Of a stretch of DNA of 64,000 bases, positions 29,298 to 39,679 are shown one piece after another. The position numbers and the translations under genes were made by a program. Location: NCBI GenBank assembly GCA_020425125.1, contig JAGQRV010000003.1, forward strand, positions 1,184 to 65,183, read 5' to 3'. The DNA comes from Paracoccaceae bacterium (GTDB lineage: Bacteria > Pseudomonadota > Alphaproteobacteria > Rhodobacterales > Rhodobacteraceae). Each line of letters opens with the position of its first letter. The first letter of the stretch is position 1. The notes under the pieces are model-generated. The model made no database searches. It saw nothing but the letters and a program-made list of their open reading frames with translations, and was not told the DNA's origin.

Positions 29298-29411
29298 TCA
29301 GATCATCGCCCAGTCGGTGAAGATATAGGGCTTTCGCGGATCGGGTTTGGGCTTCTGCTGCATCGGCGGAACGACGGGGCGCGGCGGATGCTGTGCGGTG
29401 GAACTGGTCAT
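29298..29411 (-). CDS. Unannotated 37-aa Pro/Lys-rich small ORF
   Basis: Below the ORF-track length cut-off. Hand translation gives MTSSTAQHPPRPVVPPMQQKPKPDPRKPYIFTDWAMI followed by a stop. SD GGAGAGGAG lies 8 nt upstream of the ATG. G/C-rich third positions. Confidence 0.55.
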   Translation of the reverse strand: MTSSTAQHPPRPVVPPMQQKPKPDPRKPYIFTDWAMI

Positions 29412-29834
29412 GGCGAACACTCCTCTCCTGCATCCAGTTCGCCTGAAAATTGTTTCAAATGCCATAATTGATGGGGAAGATGGTTACCGGTCCGCGTTTC
29501 GGCGGCACCGGCTCCAAGCCGGGCCTTCCGCATCTGAGCGGAAAGCGATGCTGGAGCAGAGAGTATCGTGTCGGACGGAGAATGGCGTGCCAAAGGGAGG
29601 AGCTGATGCATCGCCACCTCCGAACGACTGACCCAGCATGCAGCACCGCCCGAAGCAAGAACAGAACCCAGGCCGGGCTGTGGCCGCCGGCTTTCAGGAT
29701 CGCCGCACCAAGAGGCCGATTTCAGGGGCGGATCGGGAAACTTGCGCAGGAAATGTGCATTAACGGCTCCGAAATCCTCTCCGGACGGCGACATGCGGGC
29801 CCTGGTTCCGCACCCGGCCCGATTCTCGCAAGGC

Positions 29835-30728
29835 TTAGTTCGGGAAGCCGGACGAGACCGGGATCACGTCGACCGCCTGTGTGCCGATGCTGGCGCCTGA
29901 GGTGCGCAGGATGCCGCGCACCGGCGAAATGTCGTCGTAGTCGCGCCCGAAGGCCACGACGATGTGGTCCTGCGCGGCGAATGTGGCGTTGGTCGGATCG
30001 TACTCCACCCAGCCCTGCTCGATCCCGCACCAGGCACGGACCCAGGCATGCATGGCATCCGCGCCTTCGAGCCGCGGCTGGCCCTTGGGCGGCTCGGTGC
30101 GGATGTAGCCGCTGACATACCCGGCGGGGATTCCCAGCATCCGTAACGCGGTGATCATGATGTGGGTGAAGTCCTGGCAGACGCCGCGCCGGGCGGCGAA
30201 AGCCTCGGGCGCGGGCGTTTCGACTGTGGTCGCGCCCGATTCGAACTTCAGGTCGCGGTGCAGTGCCTCGCCGATCGCGACCACGATGTCGCGCAGGGTC
30301 ATGTCCGGGTCCAGCAGGTCTCGCGCGTATTCCTCGATGTCGCCGTCGGCGATGATCCGGGGCGAGAAGCCGAGGAAGTGATGCGGCGCATCGGGGTCCA
30401 GCGAGGCGACCGCAGCGATTTCGTCGGCCAGCGCGGGGAGGCCCGGCGAGATGTTCAGTGCCGGGGACTGGGCGAAGCATTCCACGCGCGCCCGCATCGC
30501 GATCTCCATCCGCGGATGGGGATGGACGTGCACGACGAGCGTGCCGGCATTTCCGAAGAAATCCTTGTGATAGGAATACTCGGCCGGGTTCGGCGTCACC
30601 AGGACCTGACGCGACATGACGCTTTGCCGCCCCGGAATGTCGGCCGGCTGCACCCGGATCAGGTGCCGTCCTTTCCCGACGATGCCAGGATATTCCTGCG
30701 TGATGTTGAGACGGATATCGTATCGCAT
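29835..30728 (-). CDS. Transglutaminase-like cysteine peptidase family protein (small)
   Basis: 297 aa. The N-terminal MRYDIRLNITQEYPG resembles the bacterial transglutaminase N-domain. Core motifs are RRGVCQDFTH, DAMHAWVRAW and VEYDPTN. Confidence 0.85.
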   Translation of the reverse strand: MRYDIRLNITQEYPGIVGKGRHLIRVQPADIPGRQSVMSRQVLVTPNPAEYSYHKDFFGNAGTLVVHVHPHPRMEIAMRARVECFAQSPALNISPGLPALADEIAAVASLDPDAPHHFLGFSPRIIADGDIEEYARDLLDPDMTLRDIVVAIGEALHRDLKFESGATTVETPAPEAFAARRGVCQDFTHIMITALRMLGIPAGYVSGYIRTEPPKGQPRLEGADAMHAWVRAWCGIEQGWVEYDPTNATFAAQDHIVVAFGRDYDDISPVRGILRTSGASIGTQAVDVIPVSSGFPN

Positions 30729-30733
30729 CGGGT

Positions 30734-33142
30734 TCAGGTCATGTAGGTGGACGCGACCAGATCCGACAACCGCCAGACCCCGCGCCGCAGTCCGAGAAGC
30801 TTGGCCGGCGTCAGAGAGGCCGGGCTTTCGACCGCCAGACGGGTGTGAAGCTGCAGGGCAAGCCGCGGCACCGGGCCGAGGCGCCCGTATTCCGACGATC
30901 CGGGCAGTTCGTCCACGTGGTCCCGCGTCCGGGTCAGGTGGTACAGGATGGCGCGCGGATTGTCGTCGTCGAGCGCGAGCAGATCGACGACGCTGGCCGG
31001 AGACGCCGTCCCTGAATAGCGCGCCCGGTGGGACATGATGCTGTCGCCGACCTCGAGCAGCAGGTCGAGCGCGCCGTCCGGCGCATCCTCGTCGGCCAGT
31101 TCGGCCAGGATCAATGCCATGGTCGCGGCACGCTCCAGGGACATGCCGAGGCTGAGAAAGCGCCAGCCGATCGAGCGGTACATGTTTTCATGCACGAGCC
31201 CCGAGAAGCCGGTGATGCGGCGCAGAAGCACGCTGACCCGCTGGGGGGTCTCGTCGCTGACGACGGTCTGGGCCGAGAACTTGCGCGCCGTCTGCACGAG
31301 GTCGCGCAGGGCCATCATGCCGTCGACCGAGAACCGGTCGCGCACCCGGCTGCCGCAGGTGAGCGCAGCGTAAAGCGGCAACTCGAAGCTCTGTGCGAGC
31401 ACCGACGAGGCGCGCGACCGCGTGCCCGGAGAGATCAGCTGGCGCAGCGTGGTGGGCAAGGGTTCTTCGGCGGTGAGACCCTCGGCCAGCCGTGCGTGGT
31501 AGGCGCGGAACAGGCGCATGTTGCCTTCGGCGCGCTCGACATAGCGGCCGAGCCAGAACAGATTGTCGGCCGCCCTGGCCGGGAGCGCCCCCGCCTCCTG
31601 CCGCCGGGTGCCTGGCGCAGCCGAGGTGACGAGACTCGTGCGCGAAACCGGAGTGTCGCTGACCACCCAGACATCGGCGACCGTTCCGCCCTGCTGCATG
31701 GTGATCGCCATCGTGTCGGGACCGGTGCCGATCCGGGCATAGCCGCCAGGCATCACCTGCCAGCCGCTCTGGGTCCGCGCGAGGAAGACCCGCAGGACCA
31801 TCGGCCGCGGCACCAGCCCGCCGGAATGCCAGACCGGCGTGGTCGACAGCGTCACCGCCTCCTGCCCGACCAGATCACGGCCATGAAGCGCGAGATGCCG
31901 TGCAAGACCGTCCTCGCCTTCGGTCTGGTAGTGGCTGCCCAGCACGGTATCGTCTGCGGCATCGAAGGGCAGGCGGGTGGAATAGGCCGATCCGATCATC
32001 ATCCGGTCGGCGTGGGCCAGCACGTGCTCGCGCTCCCGCCAGCCGCCGCACCACCATGTGGCGATGTTCGGAAGCTTCAGAGGCTCGCGGCGCAGCGCCT
32101 GGCAAATCCGGGGGAGAAAGGACAGGAAGGCGCGGGTTTCCAGGATTGCGGTGCCGAGCGCGTTGACCATGTGGACGCCGCCCTGCCGCACCGCGTCGAC
32201 AAGGCCGGGCGTGCCGAGCGCACTTCGCGGGTCCAGCTCGATCGGATCGCAGGTGCCGGCGTCAAGCCTGCGCCACAGTGCGCTGATCGGCTTCAGTCCA
32301 TCCACCGTCCGCACCAGAACCTGACCGTGGCGGACCGTCAGGTCCTCGCCTTCGGCGAGCAGGAAGCCGAGATAACGGGCGATATAGGTGTGTTCGAAAT
32401 AGGCGTCGTTCATCGAGCCCGGCGTCAGGATCGCGATGCGCCCTTCGCGGACACCCGCCATCGCCTCCAGTGCCGCCTGGAAGCCGCGGAAGAACCCTGC
32501 AAGCCGGTGGACGTCGGACTGGGCGTAGAAATTCGGAAAGATCCGCGAGGTGGCGACGCGGTTTTCCAGCGCGAAGCCGGCGCCCGAAGGCGCCTCGGTC
32601 CGATCGCCCAGAACCCACCAGTCGCCATCGGGGCCGCGGCCGATCTCGAACGCGATGAAGTTCAGGAACGAGCCGCCGGCAGGTTTCACCCCCACGAGCG
32701 GCCGCAGCCACGCCGGGTTCTGCGCGACCAGGGAGGCCGGAAGGTGGCCGCCCGAAACCAGCCGGTTCTGGCCATAGAGGTCGCGGGCGACGGATTCGAG
32801 AAGCTCGGCGCGCTGCACCAGCCCCTCGCTGATGATCCGCCAGTCGCTCTCGTGGATCATCAGCGGGATGTGGCTCAGCGGCCAGTCCCGCTCGGGCGCG
32901 CCTTCGCTTTCGTACTTCCGGTAGAACACGCCCGCATCGTGCAGATAGCGGTCGCCCCGGGCGAATCGTGCTGCGACCGCCTCGGGACTGAGCCGGGCAA
33001 GGTGGTGGATGAACCGGCGCCAGACCGGACGCAGGGTGCCGTCCGGCATGAAAAGTTCGTCCGCGACTCCCGCTTCGGTTCGGTAGGCGCGCAGGAGCTT
33101 CGCTTCGGGCTCCGGAACTTTGGCGTCGGCGCCGTTGCTCAA
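30734..33142 (-). CDS. Circularly permuted type-2 ATP-grasp protein fused to an alpha-E domain
   Basis: ORF 30734..33361 trimmed to the TTG at 33142; the start is uncertain but must precede ADELFMPDGTLRPVWRRF. The N-terminal ~500 aa are typical of CP ATP-grasp (DUF404/407-type). LFWLGRYVERAEGNMRLF marks the alpha-E domain. Confidence 0.8.
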   Translation of the reverse strand: MSNGADAKVPEPEAKLLRAYRTEAGVADELFMPDGTLRPVWRRFIHHLARLSPEAVAARFARGDRYLHDAGVFYRKYESEGAPERDWPLSHIPLMIHESDWRIISEGLVQRAELLESVARDLYGQNRLVSGGHLPASLVAQNPAWLRPLVGVKPAGGSFLNFIAFEIGRGPDGDWWVLGDRTEAPSGAGFALENRVATSRIFPNFYAQSDVHRLAGFFRGFQAALEAMAGVREGRIAILTPGSMNDAYFEHTYIARYLGFLLAEGEDLTVRHGQVLVRTVDGLKPISALWRRLDAGTCDPIELDPRSALGTPGLVDAVRQGGVHMVNALGTAILETRAFLSFLPRICQALRREPLKLPNIATWWCGGWREREHVLAHADRMMIGSAYSTRLPFDAADDTVLGSHYQTEGEDGLARHLALHGRDLVGQEAVTLSTTPVWHSGGLVPRPMVLRVFLARTQSGWQVMPGGYARIGTGPDTMAITMQQGGTVADVWVVSDTPVSRTSLVTSAAPGTRRQEAGALPARAADNLFWLGRYVERAEGNMRLFRAYHARLAEGLTAEEPLPTTLRQLISPGTRSRASSVLAQSFELPLYAALTCGSRVRDRFSVDGMMALRDLVQTARKFSAQTVVSDETPQRVSVLLRRITGFSGLVHENMYRSIGWRFLSLGMSLERAATMALILAELADEDAPDGALDLLLEVGDSIMSHRARYSGTASPASVVDLLALDDDNPRAILYHLTRTRDHVDELPGSSEYGRLGPVPRLALQLHTRLAVESPASLTPAKLLGLRRGVWRLSDLVASTYMT

Positions 33143-33165
33143 GGCAGTCTGATCCCGTGGTGCCG

Positions 33166-36100
33166 TCAGAGACCCGGACGACGCCGGAGGTCGAGCGTCA
33201 TCGGGAATTCGGGATGCGGCGTCTCGGGCGGCGGCACGTAGAGACCGGGCGTATGGCCGTGCGGCTGGAACCGGGCCAGACGGCGCGCCTCGGCCTCGTT
33301 TCCGTTGACCGGGAAGGTCTCGTAGTTGCGGCCGCCTGGATGCGCCACATGATAGGTACATCCCCCCAGCGCCCGTCCGGTCCAGGTGTCATAGATGTCG
33401 AAGGTGAGCGGCGCATCGACCGGCAGCACCGGGTGCAGCGCCAGCGCGGGCTGCCACGCCTTGTAGCGCACGGCGCCGACCGAGACGCCGTTGGTCTTCG
33501 TGCGGCGCAGCGGAACCCGCCGGCCGTTCACGGTGACGATGTAGCGGTCGGGGTCGCCGGCGGTCAGCTGAGCCTGGATACGCTCGACCGAACTGTCGGT
33601 ATAGCGCACGGTCCCGCCGATCGCGCCCACCTCGCCCATGACGTGCCACGGCTCCATGGCTTGCCTGATCTCGAGATTGACGCCCTCCACGGTGATCTCG
33701 CCGCAGAATGGGAAGCGGAATTCGCCCTGCGCCTTGAACCATTCCGGGTCGAGGTCGAAGCCGTGGTCCTTGAGGTCGCGAAGAACCTCGAGGAAATCCT
33801 CCCAGACGTAATAGGGCAGCATGAACCGGTCGTGGAGCGCCGTGCCCCAGCGGGTCAGCGGACCGGCGGCCGGATTCTCCCATAGCCGCGCGATCAGGGC
33901 GCGGATCAGCAGCTGCTGGGCCAGGCTCATCCGCCAGTGCGGCGGCATCTCGAAGCCGCGGAATTCGACCAGGCCCAGCCGCCCGGTGGGGCCGTCCGGC
34001 GAATAGAGCTTGTCGATGCAGATCTCGGCCCGATGGGTGTTGCCGGTGACGTCGATCAGCGAATTGCGCAGCAACCGGTCGACGAGCCACGGCAGCGGCG
34101 GGACGCCTTCGCCCGGGCGCGGGATCTGGTCGAGCGCGATCTCGAGTTCGTAAAGACTGTCGTGCCGTGCCTCGTCGATCCGCGGCGCCTGGCTGGTGGG
34201 GCCGACGAAGATGCCCGAGAACAGGTAGCTCAGCGACGGGTGACGCTGCCAGTGGAGGATCAGCGAGCGCAGCAGGTCCGGACGGCGGAGGAACGGACTG
34301 TCCAGCGTAGTCTGCCCGCCGACGACGACGTGGTTGCCGCCGCCGGTGCCGGTATGGCGCCCGTCAATCATGAACTTGTCGGCACCGAGCCGGCTCTGCC
34401 GTGCTTCCTCGTAAAGCACTTCGGTGGTCGCGACGCAATCTTCCCAGCTGTTGGCGGGATGGATGTTGATCTCGATCACGCCCGGATCCGGGGCGACGCG
34501 GATCACGTTCATCCGGCTGTCATGGGGCGGCGCGTAGCCCTCGATATGTACCGGGACGCCGTGGGTCTTGGCTGCAATCTCGGCGGCGGCGACGAGTTCA
34601 AGATAGTCCTCGATCCGTTCAACCGGCGGCATGAACACGCAAAGGCGTCCGTCGCGCGGCTCCACCGAGATTGCGGTGCGGACCGGGCCGCCGATTTCGT
34701 ATTCGGTCAGGAATTGCTCGACCCGCGGCTGCTGCGGCTGGCTGGCGATAAACCGGGCGCGGCGCTGCTCCTGATCGGGCGGCAGCGATTCGGGCTCGGG
34801 GAAGTCCGGCAGTGGCTCGCGCGGGAGTGTCGGATCCGCAGGGTAGGTGTAGGGATAGGCGACGGCCCGGACATAGGGCAGGGCGCCGAGCGGCAGGCGA
34901 TAGCCCAGCGGGCTGTCACCGGGAACCAGAAACAGATGCTTGCGCCGCAGCGACCAGCGCTCCGACCGCCAGCCGCCGAACGCGGCCGCCTGCCATTTCT
35001 GCACCGGCAAGGCGTAGCCCGTGGGGCTGGTGAGGCCGCGCTCGAAGACACGCGCCATCCGCGTGCGTTCCTCGGGATCCTTCAGCTTGTTGTTCTCGGG
35101 GGTGACGTTGACCGGAAGATTCGCTTCCTTGACCAGCCAGTCGGCCGGGTCCTCGTAGGCCGGGACCGCGTTCTCGACCGGGACGCCGAGGACGTCGGCA
35201 ATCGTGTGGATCACCGCTTCGGCCTGTTCGGGACCGACATTGGACTGGCTGCCCTCCTCGGCGATCAGGGCCTGGTCACGCCAGATCGGCTTCTGGTCGC
35301 CACGCCAGTAGAGCGAGAACGTCCAGCGGGGCAGCGTCTCGCCCGGATACCATTTGCCCTGCCCGTAATGCAGGAAGCCGCCGGGCGCGAAGCGGTCGCG
35401 TAGCCGCCGGATCAGCCGGTCGGCGAGGATGCGCTTGGTGGGGCCGACGGCGGCGCTGTTCCACTCGGCGCTCTCGAAATCGTCGATGGAGACGAAGGTG
35501 GGCTCGCCCCCCATCGTCAGCCGCACGTCGCCCGCCACAAGGCGTTCGTCCACCTTCTGGCCGAGCCGGTTCAGTGCCTCCCAGGCGTCGTCCGAGAACG
35601 GCTTGGTGATGCGCGGGTGTTCCGACGTGCGCGTCACCTTCATGTCGAAGTTGAATTCGACTTCGGCCGGGCTGGCGAGACCGCTGATCGGTGCGGCGTT
35701 GCGGTAATGCGGCGTCGCCGCAAGAGGAATGTGCGATTCTCCGGTGAGCAAGCCCGAGGTCGGGTCAAGCCCGATCCATCCCGCGCCGGGCAGGTAGACC
35801 TCGCACCAGGCGTGCAGATCCGTGAAGTCGTGCTCGGTGCCCGATGGGCCGTCGAGCGCCTTGAGATCCGGCTTGAGCTGGATCAGGTAGCCGGAGACGA
35901 AGCGCGCGGCGAGACCGAGGTGGCGGAGCACCTGGACCAGCAGCCAGCTCGAGTCGCGGCAGGAGCCGGTGCCGACCCCGAGCGTCTCCTCGGGGGTCTG
36001 CACGCCCGGCTCCATCCGGATCACATAGCCCACTTCCTTCGAGACCCGAGCATTGAGCCCGACCAGGAAATCGACGGTCCGCGCTTCGCTCCGGTCGATC

Positions 36101-36498
36101 GTGGCCATGAACTTCTCGAGCCGCGGACCGGCCGGCTCGGGCTGGCGATAGATCGACAGGTCGTCCGAGATGTCGAGCGGATACTCGAACGGATAGTGCT
36201 CGGCGCTTTCCTCGACGAAGAAATCGAACGGATTGTAGACCGACATGTCGGCGACCAGGTCGACTTCGATCTTCAGCTCGCGGACCGGCTCGGGAAAGAC
36301 ATACCGGGCGAGCCAGTTGCCATACGGGTCCTGCTGGTGGTTCTCGAAATAGGGCCCCGGCGAGACCTTAAGCGAATGGCTGATCACCCGGGTACGCGAA
36401 TGGGCAGCAGGACGCAGGCGGATCACCTGGGGACCGAGATGGACCGGCCGGTCGTACTTGTAGTGTGTGAGGTGATAGATGCTTGCGGTGATCGCCAT
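33166..36498 (-). CDS. Large transglutaminase-like protein (DUF2126-type)
   Basis: 1110 aa. [20 protein letters not shown]-domain. Core motifs are [52 protein letters not shown]. The long C-terminal extension is unassigned. Confidence 0.85.
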   Translation of the reverse strand: MAITASIYHLTHYKYDRPVHLGPQVIRLRPAAHSRTRVISHSLKVSPGPYFENHQQDPYGNWLARYVFPEPVRELKIEVDLVADMSVYNPFDFFVEESAEHYPFEYPLDISDDLSIYRQPEPAGPRLEKFMATIDRSEARTVDFLVGLNARVSKEVGYVIRMEPGVQTPEETLGVGTGSCRDSSWLLVQVLRHLGLAARFVSGYLIQLKPDLKALDGPSGTEHDFTDLHAWCEVYLPGAGWIGLDPTSGLLTGESHIPLAATPHYRNAAPISGLASPAEVEFNFDMKVTRTSEHPRITKPFSDDAWEALNRLGQKVDERLVAGDVRLTMGGEPTFVSIDDFESAEWNSAAVGPTKRILADRLIRRLRDRFAPGGFLHYGQGKWYPGETLPRWTFSLYWRGDQKPIWRDQALIAEEGSQSNVGPEQAEAVIHTIADVLGVPVENAVPAYEDPADWLVKEANLPVNVTPENNKLKDPEERTRMARVFERGLTSPTGYALPVQKWQAAAFGGWRSERWSLRRKHLFLVPGDSPLGYRLPLGALPYVRAVAYPYTYPADPTLPREPLPDFPEPESLPPDQEQRRARFIASQPQQPRVEQFLTEYEIGGPVRTAISVEPRDGRLCVFMPPVERIEDYLELVAAAEIAAKTHGVPVHIEGYAPPHDSRMNVIRVAPDPGVIEINIHPANSWEDCVATTEVLYEEARQSRLGADKFMIDGRHTGTGGGNHVVVGGQTTLDSPFLRRPDLLRSLILHWQRHPSLSYLFSGIFVGPTSQAPRIDEARHDSLYELEIALDQIPRPGEGVPPLPWLVDRLLRNSLIDVTGNTHRAEICIDKLYSPDGPTGRLGLVEFRGFEMPPHWRMSLAQQLLIRALIARLWENPAAGPLTRWGTALHDRFMLPYYVWEDFLEVLRDLKDHGFDLDPEWFKAQGEFRFPFCGEITVEGVNLEIRQAMEPWHVMGEVGAIGGTVRYTDSSVERIQAQLTAGDPDRYIVTVNGRRVPLRRTKTNGVSVGAVRYKAWQPALALHPVLPVDAPLTFDIYDTWTGRALGGCTYHVAHPGGRNYETFPVNGNEAEARRLARFQPHGHTPGLYVPPPETPHPEFPMTLDLRRRPGL

Positions 36499-36705
36499 GG
36501 CGTGTGTGCCCCGTTAACGCTTTCCCGGGAGCCTGCATTGGAAGCGGTAAGAAAGGCAACGCCACATTCCGGCGCGGACCGATTCTTCGTGGAGAGGGGA
36601 CAGCGTGGCGCCCGTTTCCTGTGCGGCGCAGTCTGCGGATTTCGCTGGCCTTCCGCCGCGTCTGGGATAGCTTCGCGCCGACATGTCGGCATGACGGGAG
36701 AAGAG

Positions 36706-37095
36706 ATGTCCAAGGACCACGGCAAGATCTGGTGGTGCGAACTGATGACCCGGGACATCCCCGGCGTGGTCGGATTCTACGAAAGCGTCTGCGGCTGGAA
36801 GATCGACCGGATGGAAATGCCGGAAGGCGAATATTACGTGTGCCTGATCGATGACGAGCCGGTGGCGGGGATCATGGACACTTCGGCCATGCCCAATCTC
36901 GACGGCGCGCCGTCGGTCTGGTTCACCTATCTTGCGGTCGACGATCTGGACGAGGCGTTGCGCGAGGTTCTGGCCGCGGGTGGGGTGATCCAGCGCCAGC
37001 CGTTCGAAATTCCCCTGATCGGGAGAATCGCGCTGGTGTCCGATCCCGGAGGTGCCGCGGTGGGCCTGATCGCACCGGAGCAACTGACCGAATAG
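36706..37095 (+). CDS. VOC/glyoxalase-family protein
   Basis: Tail of ORF 35617..37095 trimmed to MSKDHGKIWWCELMTRD at 36706, with GGGAGAAGAG upstream. FYESVCGWKI...RIALVSDPGGAAVGLI is typical of the VOC fold. Confidence 0.75.
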   Translation: MSKDHGKIWWCELMTRDIPGVVGFYESVCGWKIDRMEMPEGEYYVCLIDDEPVAGIMDTSAMPNLDGAPSVWFTYLAVDDLDEALREVLAAGGVIQRQPFEIPLIGRIALVSDPGGAAVGLIAPEQLTE

Positions 37096-37119
37096 CCGCC
37101 GATTTGGACGGGCAGACGC

Positions 37120-37908
37120 TCAGATGTTCTCGGGCTGGGGCATGCCGAGGACATGGAAACCGCCGTCAACCCGCACGATCTCGCCCGTGGTGCAAGCACC
37201 GAAATCCGAGGCAAGGTAGACTGCCGTGCCGCCGACCGCTTCGAGCGTCGCATTGGCTCGCAGAGGCGCGTTGGTTTCGGTCAGCTTGTAGGTCCGGCGC
37301 GCCCCGCCGATGGCTGCGCCGGCCAGCGTCTTCATCGGCCCGGGCGAGATCGCGTTGACCCGGATCCCCTCGGGTCCCAGATCGTTGGCCAGATACCGCA
37401 CCGCCGATTCCAGCGCCGCCTTGGCGACGCCCATCACGTTGTAGAACGGCGTCACCCGGTTCGACCCCTGATAGGTGAGCGTCAGGATCGAGCCGCCGTT
37501 CGGCATCATCTCTCGCGCGCGCCGGGCGAGGTCGATCAGGGAATAGCACGAGATCGTCAGCGAGTTCTGGAAGTTCGCCCGCGTCGTGTTGATGAAGCGG
37601 CCATGCAGTTCGGCCTTGTCGGAATAGGCGATGGCGTGAACCAGAAAATCCATCGTTTCCCATCGCTCCGCCAGCGCGCCGAACGCGGCATCGAGCGACG
37701 CGTCATCGGTCACGTCCACATCGAGAAGGATGTCCGACCCGACGCTTGCGGCCAGCGGCTCGACGCGCTTGCCGAACGCCTCTCCCTGATAGGAAAACGC
37801 CAGTTCGGCCCCTTCCGACGCCAAGGCCCGTGCGATTCCCCAAGCGATCGACCGATCGTTCGCGACACCCATCACGAGGCCGCGCTTGCCCTTCATCAAT
37901 TCAGCCAT
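37120..37908 (-). CDS. fabI: Enoyl-ACP reductase (NADH)
   Basis: 262 aa. GKRGLVMGVANDRSIAWGIA and the SDR catalytic region are present. Adjacent to fabB and fabA. Confidence 0.93.
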   Translation of the reverse strand: MAELMKGKRGLVMGVANDRSIAWGIARALASEGAELAFSYQGEAFGKRVEPLAASVGSDILLDVDVTDDASLDAAFGALAERWETMDFLVHAIAYSDKAELHGRFINTTRANFQNSLTISCYSLIDLARRAREMMPNGGSILTLTYQGSNRVTPFYNVMGVAKAALESAVRYLANDLGPEGIRVNAISPGPMKTLAGAAIGGARRTYKLTETNAPLRANATLEAVGGTAVYLASDFGACTTGEIVRVDGGFHVLGMPQPENI

Positions 37909-37915
37909 GTTCTTG

Positions 37916-39142
37916 TTATCCGTGAAATTTGCTGAGGATCAGGGTGGCATTCGTGCCGCCGAAGCCGAAGCTGTTCGACAGTACCGTATCGAGCCCGGCA
38001 TTGTCGCGCCGTTCGGTCACGATTTCGCTTGGGCGGATCGCGGGGTCAAGCTGGGTCACGTTCGCCGATGCCGCGATGTAGTCGCCCTGCATCATCAGTA
38101 GGCAATAGATAGCTTCGTGGACACCGGTCGCCCCGAGCGAATGGCCGGTCAGCGACTTGGTCGACGAGATCGGCGGCACGGCGTCCTCGCCGAAGACGCG
38201 GCGCACCGCTTCCACCTCGGTCACGTCGCCGGCCTGGGTCGAGGTGCCGTGGGCATTGATGTAGTCGATTCTCCGGTCGCCGATCTGCGCCAGCGCCTGG
38301 CGCATCGACCGTTCGCCCCCTTCGCCCGAGGGCGCAACCATGTCGTAGCCGTCCGAGGTCGCGCCGTAGCCGGTGACCTCGGCATAGATCCGGGCGCCGC
38401 GGGCCTTCGCGTGCTCCAGTTCCTCGAGAACGACCATGCCGCCGCCGCCCGCGATCACGAAGCCGTCCCGTGTGGCGTCGAACGGGCGCGAGGCGGTTTC
38501 CGGCGTGTCGTTGTACTTCGACGACATCGCGCCCATCGCGTCAAAGAGGCACGATAGCGTCCAGTCGACTTCCTCGCCGCCGCCCGCGAAGACCACGTCC
38601 TGCTTGCCGAACTGGATCAGCTCGGTGCCGTTGCCGATGCAATGCGCCGACGTCGAGCAGGCCGAAGTGATCGAATAGTTCACCCCCTTGATCTTGAACG
38701 GCGTGGCGAGGCAGGCGGAAACCGTCGAGGACATGCAGCGGGTGACCATGAACGGGCCCATCCGCTTTGGCGCGCCCTTCTCCTTGACGATGTTGTGGGC
38801 GACAAAGAAGTTCGACGTCGACGGCCCGCCCGATCCGGCGACGAGCCCGGTGCGCGGGTTGCTGACGTCGCTTTGCTCGAGACCGCTGTCGGCGATCGCC
38901 TGCTGCATCGCGAGATAGGCGTAGGCCGCTGTCGGCCCCATGAAGCGCAACTGGCGCTTGTCCACCGCTTCTTCGAGGTTGATCTGCGGAATGCCGGCGA
39001 CCTGGCTTCGAAATCCGTTCGCGGCGTAGTTTTCCTCGAAGCGGATGCCCGAACGGCCTTGACGCAGGCTCTCGTCCACCTCGGCAGCCGAATTGCCGAT
39101 CGGCGAGACGATTCCCAAGCCGGTGATGACGACTCGGCGCAT
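37916..39142 (-). CDS. fabB: Beta-ketoacyl-ACP synthase I
   Basis: 408 aa. [17 protein letters not shown], the active-site [11 protein letters not shown], and the [10 protein letters not shown] tail are present. Immediately downstream of fabA. Confidence 0.92.
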   Translation of the reverse strand: MRRVVITGLGIVSPIGNSAAEVDESLRQGRSGIRFEENYAANGFRSQVAGIPQINLEEAVDKRQLRFMGPTAAYAYLAMQQAIADSGLEQSDVSNPRTGLVAGSGGPSTSNFFVAHNIVKEKGAPKRMGPFMVTRCMSSTVSACLATPFKIKGVNYSITSACSTSAHCIGNGTELIQFGKQDVVFAGGGEEVDWTLSCLFDAMGAMSSKYNDTPETASRPFDATRDGFVIAGGGGMVVLEELEHAKARGARIYAEVTGYGATSDGYDMVAPSGEGGERSMRQALAQIGDRRIDYINAHGTSTQAGDVTEVEAVRRVFGEDAVPPISSTKSLTGHSLGATGVHEAIYCLLMMQGDYIAASANVTQLDPAIRPSEIVTERRDNAGLDTVLSNSFGFGGTNATLILSKFHG

Positions 39143-39172
39143 GCCTGTCCTCCTTCCAGCCCACGCAGGGCG

Positions 39173-39679
39173 CTAGTCCGTGAAAAGGCCGACCTTCAGG
39201 TTCTGGGCCGCATAGATTTCGGTGTCGTCGGCATACATGCGGCCGTCCGCGATCCCGAGCTTCAGTTTCCGGTCGATGATGCGGGTGAAGTCGATTTCGT
39301 AGCGGACCCGCCGCACCTCGGGCGTGACCATGCCGGTGAACTTCACTTCGCCGACACCAAGCGCCCGGCCGCGCCCGGTCATGCCGCGCCAGCCCAAGTT
39401 GAATCCGGAGAGCTGCCAGAGCGCGTCGAGCCCAAGACATCCGGGCATGACTGGATCGCCGGGGAAGTGGCAGGAAAAGAACCACAGGTCGGGATGGATA
39501 TCGAACTCGGCAATCACGTGGCCCTTCCCGGACGCCCCGCCATCCGCCGAAATCTCGGTGATGCGGTCCATCATCAGCATCGGCGGTTCGGGCAGCTGGG
39601 GATTGCCATATCCAAAGAGCTCTCCGCGCGCGCAGGCGAGAAGACCATCCTTATCGAATTGCGTTGGAAAATCGGCCAT
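39173..39679 (-). CDS. fabA: 3-hydroxydecanoyl-ACP dehydratase/isomerase
   Basis: ORF 39173..39790 trimmed to [26 protein letters not shown] at 39688 is an alternative start. [24 protein letters not shown] active-site motif present. Confidence 0.92.
   Translation of the reverse strand: MADFPTQFDKDGLLACARGELFGYGNPQLPEPPMLMMDRITEISADGGASGKGHVIAEFDIHPDLWFFSCHFPGDPVMPGCLGLDALWQLSGFNLGWRGMTGRGRALGVGEVKFTGMVTPEVRRVRYEIDFTRIIDRKLKLGIADGRMYADDTEIYAAQNLKVGLFTD

Noticed and set aside
29461-29834. Possible structured RNA (riboswitch, RNase P, tmRNA, SRP or 6S) in the long gap
   Set aside because: ACAGAACCC at about 29661 recalls the 3' motif of RNase P RNA. However, the GAGGAAAGTCCGGGC core, a B12 box, glycine-riboswitch cores and an ANDN-type tmRNA tag frame are all absent. 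Nothing could be matched by eye, so it is kept only as an unexplained gap in the findings.
31028-33241. 737-aa plus-strand ORF
   Set aside because: It is antisense to the ATP-grasp/alpha-E gene. Its composition is Arg/Gly/Ala-rich, and the opposite strand carries the conserved motifs.
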